From positions 8,706,859 through 8,726,858 of the forward strand of contig NC_057718.1 in the NCBI RefSeq assembly GCF_004010195.1: 20,000 bases of DNA. Direction: 5' to 3'. Both the position numbers and the translations under genes were made by a program. The number at the start of each line of letters is the position of its first letter. Position 1 is the first letter of the stretch. Origin of the DNA: Chiloscyllium plagiosum. Lineage: Eukaryota. Shown in pieces: positions 10,336-20,000 of this stretch. The notes under the pieces are model-generated. The model had not been told where the DNA came from. It did not search any database and was given only the letters and a program-made list of their open reading frames with translations.

Positions 10336-10648
10336 ACAATAGACAATAGACAATAGGTGCAGGAGTAGGCCACTCTGCCCTTCGAGCCAACACCACCATT
10401 CGTTATGATCATGGCTGATCATCCTCAATCAGTATCCTGCTCCTGCCTTATCCCCATAACCCTCGATTCCACTATCCTTAAGAGCTCTATCCAACTCTTT
10501 CTTGAAAGTATCCAGAGACTGGGCCTCCACAGCCTTCTGGGGCAGAGCATTCCATACACCCACCACTCTCTGGGTGAAGAAGTTTCTCCTCAACTCTGTT
10601 CTAAGTGGCCTACCCCTTATTTTTAAACTAAGTGGCCTACCCCTTATT

Positions 10649-11809
10649 TCAGGACTCACCCATCAGTGGAAACATGCTTCCTGTCTCCAGAATGTCCAAT
10701 CCTTTAATAATCTTATACGTCTCAATCAGATCCCCTCTAAACTCAAGCGTATACAAGCCCAGTCGCTCCAATCCTTCAGCGTAAGATAGTCCCGCCATTC
10801 TGGGAATTGACCTCGTGAACCTACATTGCACTCCCTCAATAGCCAGAATGTCTTTCCTCAAATTTGGAGACCATAACTGTGCACAATATTCCAGGTGTGG
10901 TCTCACCAGGGCCCTGTACAGCTGCAGAAGGACCTCTTTGCTTCTATACTCAATTCCTCTTGTTATGAAGGCCAGCATGCTATTAGCTTTCTTCACTGCC
11001 TGCTGTACCTGCATGCTCGCTTTCATTGACTGATGTACAAGAGCACCTAGATCTCGTTGCACTGCCCCTTTACCTAACTTGACTCCATTTAGGCAGTAAT
11101 CTGCCTTCCTGTTCTTGCCACCAAAGTGGATAACCACACATTTATCCACATTAAACTGCATCTGCCATGCATCTATCCACTCACCTAGCCTGTCCAGGTC
11201 ACCCTGTATTCTCCTAACATCCTCCTCACATTTCACCCTGCCACCCAGCTTTGTGTCATCAGCAAATTTGCTAATATTACTTTTAATAAATTCATCTATA
11301 TCATTAATGTACATTGTAAAAAGCTGCGGTCCCAGCACTGATCCCTGCGGCACACTATTGGTCACCGCCTGCCATTCCGAAGGGAAGCCATTTGTCACTA
11401 CTCTTTGTTTCCTGTCAGCCAACCAATTTTCAATCCATGTCAGTATTTTGCCCCTAATACCATGTGCCCTAATTTTGCTCACTAACCTCCTGTGTGGGAC
11501 TTCATCAAAAGCTTTCTGAAAGTCCAGGTATACTACATCCACTGGATCTCCCCTGTCCATCTTCAGAGTTACATCCTCAAAAAATTCCAGAAGATTAGTC
11601 AAGCATGATTTCGCCTTCATAAATCCATGCTGTCCCTGACCTATCCTGTTACTGTTATCTAGATGTGTCATAATTTCATCCTTTATAATTGACTGCAGCA
11701 TTTTTCCCACCACTGAGGTCAGGCTAACCCGTCTATAATTCTCTGTTTTCTCTCTCCCTCCTTTCTTAAAAAGTGGGACAACATTAGCCACCCTGAATCT
11801 ATAGAACAT
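10649..11809 (-). pseudogene. CR1 reverse transcriptase domain (open 386-codon stretch of a broken ORF2)
   Basis: PLFKKG, YLDFQKAFD, VPQGSVLGP, KFADD, WQMQFNVDKC, LVRPHLEYC. Confidence 0.97.
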
Positions 11810-11987
11810 TGGAAAATGATCACGAATGCATCCACGATTTCTAGAGCACCTCCTTCAGTGCCCTGGGATGTAGACCATCAGGTCCCAGGGACTTATCAGC
11901 CTTCAGACCTAACAGTCTCTCCAACACCTGGCAAATATAAATTCCCTCAGTTCAGGTCCTTCAGCCACTATTACATCTGGGAGATTG

Positions 11988-12307
11988 ATTAGATTAGATT
12001 ACTTACAGTGTGGAAACAGGCCCTTCGGCCCAACAAGTCCACCCCGACCCTCCGAAGAGCAACCCACCCAGACTCATTCCCCTACATTTACCCCTTCATC
12101 TAACATTATGGGCAATTTAGCATGACCAATTCACCTAACATGCACATTTTTGGACTGTGGGAGGAAACCGGAGCACCCGGAGGAAACCCACGCAGACACG
12201 GAGAGAATGTGCAAACTCCACACAGACAGTTGCCTGAGGTGGGACTTGAACCTGGACCTCTGGCGCTGTGAGGCAGTAGTGCTAACCATTGTGCCACTGT
12301 GCCGCCC
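11988..12307 (-). mobile_element. Full-length HE1-type V-SINE inserted in CR1 ORF2
   Basis: GGGCGGCAC start, A box TGGCACAATGG, B box GGTTCAAGTCC, V-domain, (AATCT)n tail; ATTG at both flanks. Confidence 0.96.
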
Positions 12308-12901
12308 ATTGCTCGTGTCTTCCCCAGTGAAGACAGATCTAAAGTACCAATTCAACTCTTCTGCCATTTCTTTGTTCCCCATAATAAATTCACCCGTTTC
12401 TGTCTTCAAGGGCCCAATTTTAGTCTTAACCATTTATTTTCTTTTATATACCTAAAAAAGCCTTTACTATCCTCCTTTATATTTTTGGCCAGTTTACCTT
12501 CGTACCTCATTTTTTCTTTGCATATTTCCTTTTTAGTTATCCTCTTTTGTTCTTTAAAAGCTTCCCAGTCCTCCGTTTTCCCACTTATCTTTGCTATGTT
12601 ATACTTTTTCACTTTTGTCTTTATATGGTCCTTAACTTCCCTCATTCGCCACGGCCACCCCTGCCTCCTCTTAGGATCTTTCTTCCTTTTTGGAATGAAC
12701 TGCATTATACCCAGAAATACCTGCCATTGTTGTTCCACTGCCATCCCTGCTAGGGTATTGCACCATTGAACTTTGGCCAGCTCCTCCCTCATAGCTCCAT
12801 AGTTCCCTTTATTCAACTGAAATATTGTCACTTCCGATTCTACCCTATCCCTTTCAAACTGGAGATCATTATATTGTGGTCACTACCTCCTAATGACTCC
12901 T

Positions 12902-13347
12902 TTACTTCAAGATCCCTGATGTGTTGCACAACACCAGATCCAGAATTGCCTTCTCCCTGGTCGGCTCCAGCACCAGCTGTTCTAAGAATCCATCTCGGAG
13001 GCACTCCACAAACTCCCTTTCTTGGGGTCCAGTACCATCCTGATTCTCCCAGTCCACCTGCATGTTGAAATCCCCCATAACAACTGTAGTAATATCTTTG
13101 CGACAGGCCAATTTCAGCTCCTTATTCAACTTACACACTACATCCAGGCTACTGTTTGGGGATCTGTAGATAACTCCCATTCGGGTCTTTCTACCCTTAG
13201 AATTTCTCAGTTCTATCCATACTGACTCTACATCCCCTGATTCTAGGTCTCCCTGTGCAGGGGACTGAATATCATTCCTTACCAACAGGACCACCCCACC
13301 CCCTCTGCCAGTCAGTCTGTCCTTACGATAGCACGTATAGCCTTGAA
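12902..13347 (-). pseudogene. CR1 APE-like endonuclease domain fragment
   Basis: ESVWIELRN, GVIYRSPNS, VVMGDFN, FLEQLVLEPTREKAILDLVL. Confidence 0.93.
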
Positions 13348-13495
13348 GTTATGTCCTTTTTAAAAATAACATGAACAAAATAGTCCACAGCACTCCAGCT
13401 GTGGTTTTGCCAATGCCCCTCACAACCAGAGTAAATCATGTCTACTTTTAAATTTAATTTTCCTTGCAATGTACATCAAAATTCCGTTGTTGATA
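13348..13495 (-). mobile_element. Ancient CR1 fragment (upstream half of 10120-10335)
   Basis: Minus strand IARKIKFKSRHDLLWL*GALAKPQLECC...KKDI, resembling IARGIEYKS.EVLL.LYRALVRP.LEYC...RKDI. Confidence 0.7.
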
Positions 13496-13859
13496 CCTCA
13501 CCTAAAGAAAGGTTATACCTTCACACTGGACTTTCAGTCCAGACTCTGGGATCAAGTCTGCACTGAGGCTGACACTGTTCTGAGCCAGAATCAGATCATA
13601 TGTGACGCAGTTTACATGGACCTGTCTGAGGAACAGACTAAACCAGGTGACCAGCTTGCCCCGTCAAAACCTCCAGTCATTGGTCAGATGACTGCCATTC
13701 CTGAGATAGCTAACTATCACTCTGAGGCAGGCTGTCTTATAACAGCAGCCTGTGGGACACAGTCCAGTCTTCACCGATTGATTGCGATTGCTGGGTAGAG
13801 GAATCCGTCAACCTTGACTTTCAGGGGAAGGCTAGCTGATTGGTATTCAATTCGACTGC

Positions 13860-13975
13860 CTAGCACTCACCTCCTCCAAAGTTAATCAATGCTGGATCAA
13901 TTGTTAATTGTAAGTCTGAGATTGACAGATGTTTCATCAGACACTGTTGTTATGTGGGGAATATGGATAGCATAA
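13860..13975 (+). mobile_element. Degenerate CR1 3'-end relic
   Basis: AAGTCTGAGATTGACAGATGTTT...GGAATATGGA (KSEIDRxF...GxYG). Confidence 0.5.
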
Positions 13976-14384
13976 TCATCACCTTCAGTTTCTACATTCC
14001 TAAAACTAAATCTTTCTAATATTTCTGAAAATAATGCTACCAAATTGGCATCTCAGTTCAATTAAATACACTTTCACTTTAAAATTGAACCAAGGCAGTA
14101 TGAAGGAAATCTAATTAAAGTGCCTCCCAGAGGTATAATTATGACAGTAGCTTTCCTTACCTGTTATTATAAAATAGAAATATCAATAATGTACACATTA
14201 ATTGTAAAAGCTGTCTCGAATTGGGCATATTTAATTGAAATCATATCCTTGAGATACACTGATGTACCGTCATTTAAATCGTTATTCTGCAATTACGTTT
14301 CTTAGTTTGATCATCAACTAATTAGCCACATCGTTCCAATTTATTCTCAGAAAGTGAAAATAAGCTAAACTTTTACTTAACACC

Positions 14385-14527
14385 ATTCAGAACCTTAAGA
14401 CCCCTCAAAGACGTCACAGTGAAGCACTCTTGAATCGTTGTCACTGTTAGAATGTAGGAAACACAGCATCCAATTTGCACACAGCAAGTTCCCACAATCA
14501 GTAATGTGTTAACAACCCTGATAATTA
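14385..14527 (-). mobile_element. Deu-domain SINE fragment (SacSINE1/AmnSINE1-like)
   Basis: GTCACTGTTAGAATGTAGGAAACACAGCATCCAATTTGCACACAGCAAGTTCCCACAA matches the recalled DeuSINE consensus. Confidence 0.75.
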
Positions 14528-14921
14528 CAGGGGAAATGAGCTATAAAAGTGGAGCTGTTTTGCTGCAATTAAACAGGGCATTGTTGAGACCACATCTGGA
14601 GCAGTGCATCAATTATGCTTCCTTCATTTAAGAAAGGATGTAAATGGGTTAACATTAGTCCAGAGAGAAGGAGAGTACTGGGGATGTGTGCGTTATGTTT
14701 CCAGGGAAGGTAGTGCAGGATAGGCTTGTATTAATTAGACAGTAGAAGAATATGAAATGATTTTATTAAAATATATAACATCTTGAAGGGACTTGACAGG
14801 GTGGATGCTGAAAGGATATTATCCCTGGTGGGAAAGATTAGAAGTAGGGGCTATGGTTCAACAATAAGGGAACTCCGAATTAAATGGTGGTGAAGACAAT
14901 TTTATTTTCTCTCAGTGGGTT
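14528..14921 (+). mobile_element. Old CR1 ORF2 C-terminal fragment
   Basis: YKSGAVLLQLNRALLRPHLE...LRKDV...YNILKGLDRVDAERI. Confidence 0.8.
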
Positions 14922-14939
14922 TTCACTCTGCAACTTTTG

Positions 14940-15257
14940 GAAGGGTGGAAAAGACAAAGTGTGGAAGGCAGGTAGGATAGAGGGAATGTGTGGCAGTTAG
15001 AGCGAGGGATGGAGGATAAGGAAAGGAATGGGGCAGAGGGGTGGGGATGGAGACAGCCAGAAGGAGAGAAGGAAGAGGGACAAGGAATGAACAGAGAGAG
15101 AGAAGGGAGAGGCAAGGCATGATAGATGGAAGGAAGAAAGACAGGATGAAAGAAGAGGGCGGGCAAGAAGAAAGAAAGAGAGAAGGAAGGAGTGTGGAAA
15201 GGGAAGCAGGTTGGAGAGGAGGGAAGGAGGAAGGGAGGGAGAAAAAAAAAGGACAAA
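14940..15257. repeat. Purine-rich (GA/GGAA) low-complexity tract
   Basis: Almost exclusively A/G on the + strand. Confidence 0.9.
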
Positions 15258-15689
15258 GTTTCTTGTCATTTTTAAGTTGGCAGCAAACACAGAGGCAGCA
15301 AAGTAGCATCCTGTGGCAGATAAAGCTGCATGCAGATAGCTTGACACGAGCAACCTCAGCATTCACAAACGGTCCTGATTTCAGACCATTGTACGTACAC
15401 CTGACAATCGATCTTTATAATCCATTATTAAAAACACCACCTGATTCGATGTAAGCAGCAACCAAGCTGCCAATTAATCTCAATTCTGCATCAATCTAAG
15501 TCATCAAATTAAGATTTATGAAATAAAATAATGGACCGAAGTTAACAACAGCAAAAATGTTGAATTATCCAACAAAACCAAGTAGTCAACGGAACAAAAC
15601 ATCTCATGATTTTACACACCATGCAAAATAACTCTTAATAATAATAGCACGATACAAAACTCTCCTTTTGATACCTCAATATTATCAAA

Positions 15690-16560
<871 letters not shown>

Positions 16561-16899
16561 CATTTTAAATGATTGAAATGTAAGATGTGAGGAAGAATTT
16601 GGCCAAGAAACTCTAAGTAAAATATTTAGTTCACTCATAAAAAAACCTCATGTACCATTGATGGCATTTAGTGCCATTGGCAGGGCAGAAAGTGAGGGCT
16701 AAATATGCATTCTACAGTCCTTGGCATCTCCCATTCTATACCTGGTAGGACTATTGAAGTAACCGGAATCTGGCAGCCATGTGTTATGCTGCCCAACCCA
16801 CATTCTGAATTAGGATATCTGTTTCTAAGATCAGGAATAGAGATCTTATTGCATTGCTGGAATTGATAACAAAGTGATTAAAATTTATATAAAAGATCT

Positions 16900-17795
16900 A
16901 CCTGTATCCTGTGCGATCCTGAGATTTTAACATCCATCACAAAGGCCATCTTCCAGTTTTGTAAAATGACCTTCCTCTGTCCTGGCTTCAGTGCAACTGC
17001 TGATGAAATACCAACCTGGGTTTCGCTAACTTGTCTATTCCAAGTTGCTTCTCGTTCCCAATTTCCGACCTTCTAAACCTCAGTTTATCCTATACCTTAT
17101 TCTGAACTAAGTCCCATTTGCCTGACAATACAGATTGAACGTTTCCATTATTGTGTTCAAATTCCTTCACAATACATTTTTGTAAACTCTTCCTGCCTTA
17201 CCACAAGCTAACAGCTCTGTCTTCCTTCACCTCTGGACTTTTGTATATGTTTCACCTCACTGCCGTTGGGCATATCTTAAACCATCCAAACCGTAAGCTG
17301 TGGAAAGCCTCCACTAAACCTCTCCCCTTCCTTACCACCGTGCTACCAAGGGCAGCACGGTGGTACAATGGTTAGCACTGCTGCCTCACAGCACCAGGAT
17401 CCCAGCCTCTGGTGACTGTCTGTGTGGAGTTTGCACGTTCTCCCTGTGTCTGTGTGGGTTTCCTCCGGGTGCTCCGGTTTCCTCCTAAAGTCCAAAATAT
17501 GTGCAGGTTAGTGAATTGGTCATGCTAAATTGCCCATAGTCAAGGGTGAATATGGGGAATGGGTCTGGGTGGGTAACTCTTCGGAGGGTCGTGTGGACTT
17601 GTTGGGCCGAAGGGCCTGTTTCCACACTGTAGGGAATCTAATCTAATCTAATGACCATGTTTTCCTTCATGAAGATGTTTCTTTGGACAATCTCTTCAGC
17701 CAACTGTTTTGTCTCCCTTCCCAATATCATTTGTTCTCCCTGGTGTCAAATCTTCCATATCTCCTGGGAATTTGCCATAGAAATGTTGTTATCTG
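16900..17795 (+). mobile_element. Highly decayed L2 LINE 3' part, split by HE1
   Basis: TCCATCACAAAG, CTGCTGATGAAA, CTATTCCAA, TGTGTTCAAATTCCT, TAAGCTGTGGAA...CTAAACCTCTC and GGTGTCAAA appear in L2 order. Confidence 0.65.
17350..17652 (+). mobile_element. HE1-type V-SINE (B box deleted)
   Basis: GGGCAGCACGGTGG head, V-domain, GGGCCGAAGGGCCTGTTTCCACACTGT, (AATCT)n tail. Confidence 0.95.
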
Positions 17796-18372
17796 TGCAT
17801 TTTCAACCACCAAATAATTAGCCACAACATCCACATTTTAGAGTTACTCACTTTCCTGAGAGATATGATTACGTCCTATTTACATACAGAAGGCTTCCTT
17901 TCCAAGTTAAATTTGATAAACCTTTGTAATGAATTTGTGAGAGCATTTATTGAACATTTTGAAAACTCAAACAATTGCTTGTATCAAATTTAAAATTGAG
18001 GCTGAAATGATGACTTTTCAAATAAGGAAAAGCAATTAAAGGATGTGACTTGCGCTCCTCTGACAAAGGGGAAGGAAGGCTTAACATTTATATTGTGGTG
18101 TTCTGAAATGATGTTTTTTTTTAAAGAAAATGACAACCTGGAAACCCTTAATTGATTTTTTTTTACGGCCATTTTTGTGTGTCTTGGGCCCACAGTCAAA
18201 CATTTGCATCACTACACATTTACATATATTTTCCAAATTCTAAAAGTTTGAAATGAAGATAATCTGAAAAATCACAAAGCTGACCCTAATCCTGATGCAG
18301 AAACAATGGCCTTGATGGGGTATGAATGGTGAACCATCTCCGACCCAATCAGCACAGCATCCAGCCAATTAC

Positions 18373-18435
18373 CTGGGTACTGAACTGGCTGCCAACAAAT
18401 CGTTCGGCAAAATCACTTGCATAATGGGACCCTAG
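18373..18435 (-). other. Candidate 63-nt phase-0/0 exon
   Basis: ttgctctcAG|CTAGGG...ACCCAG|GTAATT; reads LGSHYASDFAERFVGSQFSTQ. Confidence 0.25.
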
Positions 18436-18844
18436 CTGAGAGCAACATTCCCAGTTATAATCTAATCGAATTGGAATAAACTATTTGTTACCATATTTGG
18501 AGCCCTGAGCAACTGGACCGATAAGGTGCTGAATGAACAAGGTCTGGATTGGATTCCTTTTTCCCTTTCTTTTGTCACCCAACTTGGAATGGTTGGAATC
18601 ATGACTGTCGATTTTGATGACACAGGTCGAATTATACAGACGACAAAGCAACCAGAAATGTTTGAAAGAACTCAGCACAATGCTGCCGTCTCCAGAAAAG
18701 TAGATAAATCGAATGTCTATATCTTAAATCAACTTGATGACTAAATCAACAGCACCACCAAATCCAGCTGAAAACCAGCCTTTGAAGAGCTGTACGTTTA
18801 CTGGAATTGAAATCATATAACCTATCCTCCCATTTTGTAATCTA

Positions 18845-19060
18845 TTTGTGTGTGGCATGTGTATGTTTAGATGTGTGTATCTGCATCTAGGTGTATGTAT
18901 GTGTTTGTGTGAGTGTGGATGTGTATATATGTATACACATGTGCCTGAGTGTGTGAATGTATGTTTATACAGGTATGGGGTGTTTGTGTATGTGTAGTTG
19001 AATGTATGTGTGAATGTATCCATGTTTGTATACGTGTGTACAAACGTTGTATGTTATATA
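18845..19060. repeat. Degenerate (TG)/(TA) low-complexity tract
   Basis: Interrupted TGTG/TATG repeats. Confidence 0.9.
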
Positions 19061-19100
19061 TCATGCCATGGAGGTACTGATGCTGGACCAGGGTCGACAT

Positions 19101-19243
19101 AGTCAGAAGTCACACGACTCCAGGTTATAGTTCAACAGGTTTATTTGAAATCACAAACTTTCGGAGCGCTGCTCCTTCATCAGATGAAGCCTTCCGAAAG
19201 CTCGTGATTTCAAATAAACCTCTTGAACTATAAGCTGGTGTCA
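19101..19243. mobile_element. Fold-back derivative of a second PLE family, with hammerhead
   Basis: Inverted arms ~19119-19164/~19193-19240; minus strand CTGATGA-AGGAGC-AGC-GCTCC-GAAA at 19155-19183; flanking repeat CATAGTCA at 19098-19105 and 19242-19249. Confidence 0.85.
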
Positions 19244-19300
19244 TAGTCAACCCTTTATCCAAAATCCCAAAATCTGAAAAGCTCTGAAACCCAAAGGTTT
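19244..19300. mobile_element. Tigger/pogo-like DNA transposon end
   Basis: AGTCAACCCTTTATCCAAAATCCCAAAATCTGAAAAGCTCTGAAA, a CpG-decayed (TCCGAAA)n subterminal pattern. Confidence 0.45.
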
Positions 19301-19674
19301 TAGAGTCATAGAGTCATAGAGATGTACAGCATGGAAACAGACCCTTCGGTCCAACACGTCCATGCCGACCAGATATCCCAACCCAATCTCGTCCCATTTG
19401 CCAGCACTTGGCTCATATCCCTCCAAACCCTTCCTATTCATATACCCATCCAGATACCTTTTAAATCTTGCAATTGTACTAGCCTCCACCACTTCCTCTG
19501 GCAGCTCATTCCATACACGTACCACCCTCTGCGTGAAAAAGTTGCCCCTTAGGCCCCTTTTAAATCTTTCCCCTCTCACCTTAAACCTATGCCCTCTCGT
19601 TCTCAGCTCCCCACCCCAGAGAAAAGACTATCTATTTATCCTATCCATGCCCTTCATGATTTTATAAACTTCTA
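19301..19674 (-). mobile_element. HER1-type CR1 LINE 3' fragment
   Basis: RGERFKRGLRGNFFTQRVVRVWNELPEEVVEA; (CTATGACT)n tail. Confidence 0.93.
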
Positions 19675-19761
19675 CAGAGGAACCTTGATTATCCAGCATT
19701 CAATTATCCGAATATTGAATTTCCCAGCAAGGTCACATGGTCCCGATGCTCAGCTAGACTA
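19673..19761. mobile_element. Tigger/pogo-like MITE left end
   Basis: TA+CAGAGGAACCTTGATTATCC TIR-like start with repeated ATTATCC. Confidence 0.55.
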
Positions 19762-20000
19762 TTGTTGTGGTTCTGTTCGCCGAGCTGGAAATTTCTGTTG
19801 TAAACGTTTCGTCCCCTGTCTAGGTGACATCCTCAGTGCTTGGGAGCCTCCTGTGAAGCGCTTCTGTGGTGTTTCCTCCGGCATTTATAGTGGCCTGTCC
19901 CTGCCGCTTCCGGTTGTCAGTTTCAGCTGTCCGCTGTAGTGGCCGGTATATTGGGTCCAGGTCGATGTGTTTGTTGATAGAGTTTGTGGATGAGTGCCAT
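19762..20000 (-). mobile_element. 3' end of a third (Poseidon-type) PLE, running off the window
   Basis: Minus strand WHSSTNSINKHIDLDPIYRPL (GIY-YIG C-terminal N motif), followed by a hammerhead. Confidence 0.8.
19800..19839 (-). ncRNA. Minimal hammerhead ribozyme motif (intact core)
   Basis: GCA-CTGAGGA-T-GTCACCT-AGAC-AGGGGAC-GAAA-CG-TT-TAC. Confidence 0.78.

Larger units (their letters stand above)
10336..13347 (-). mobile_element. 5'-truncated CR1 LINE (ORF2 EN-RT, 3'UTR, (TCTATTG)n tail)
   Basis: EN motifs (GYTCYRKDR..GRGGGV, VIYRSP, MGDFN, LDLVL), RT motifs, C-terminal FFTQRVVGVWNALP; frameshifts, deletions and a SINE insertion. Confidence 0.97.

Noticed and set aside
10649..11809. RT ORF as an active or domesticated gene, or a retron-like system
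   Set aside because: Start Met is out of the ancestral frame; ORF2 is 5'-truncated, frameshifted and SINE-interrupted; ordinary CR1.
12230..12307. tRNA gene
   Set aside because: tRNA-like head of an HE1 SINE, continuous with the V-domain and tail.
13871..13943. Minus-strand exon candidate with GAG|GTGAGT donor
   Set aside because: Lies antisense within a decayed CR1 3' end; most likely fortuitous.
14912..15454. ORFs of 114-147 aa
   Set aside because: Products of the purine-rich low-complexity tract.

Overview
Repeat-dense vertebrate genomic DNA with a cartilaginous-fish (shark) signature; no host gene can be identified with confidence. It contains five HE1-type V-SINE copies and many CR1/HER1 LINE fragments, including a ~3-kb decayed CR1 ORF2 (EN+RT) nested in an older CR1. 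It also holds L2 and Deu-domain SINE relics, two solo-LTR-like sequences, Tigger-like ends, microsatellites and a 63-N gap. Penelope-like elements (PLEs) of three families all carry minimal hammerhead-ribozyme motifs. Most notable: (i) short fold-back, hammerhead-bearing PLE derivatives, four of them with 14-16-bp target-site duplications; (ii) two non-repetitive CpG-retaining islands (~1.84-2.9 kb, ~18.25-18.84 kb), each with a small minus-strand exon candidate; (iii) readable retro-insertion junctions. Repeat family names come from recall of consensus sequences, not from a database search.
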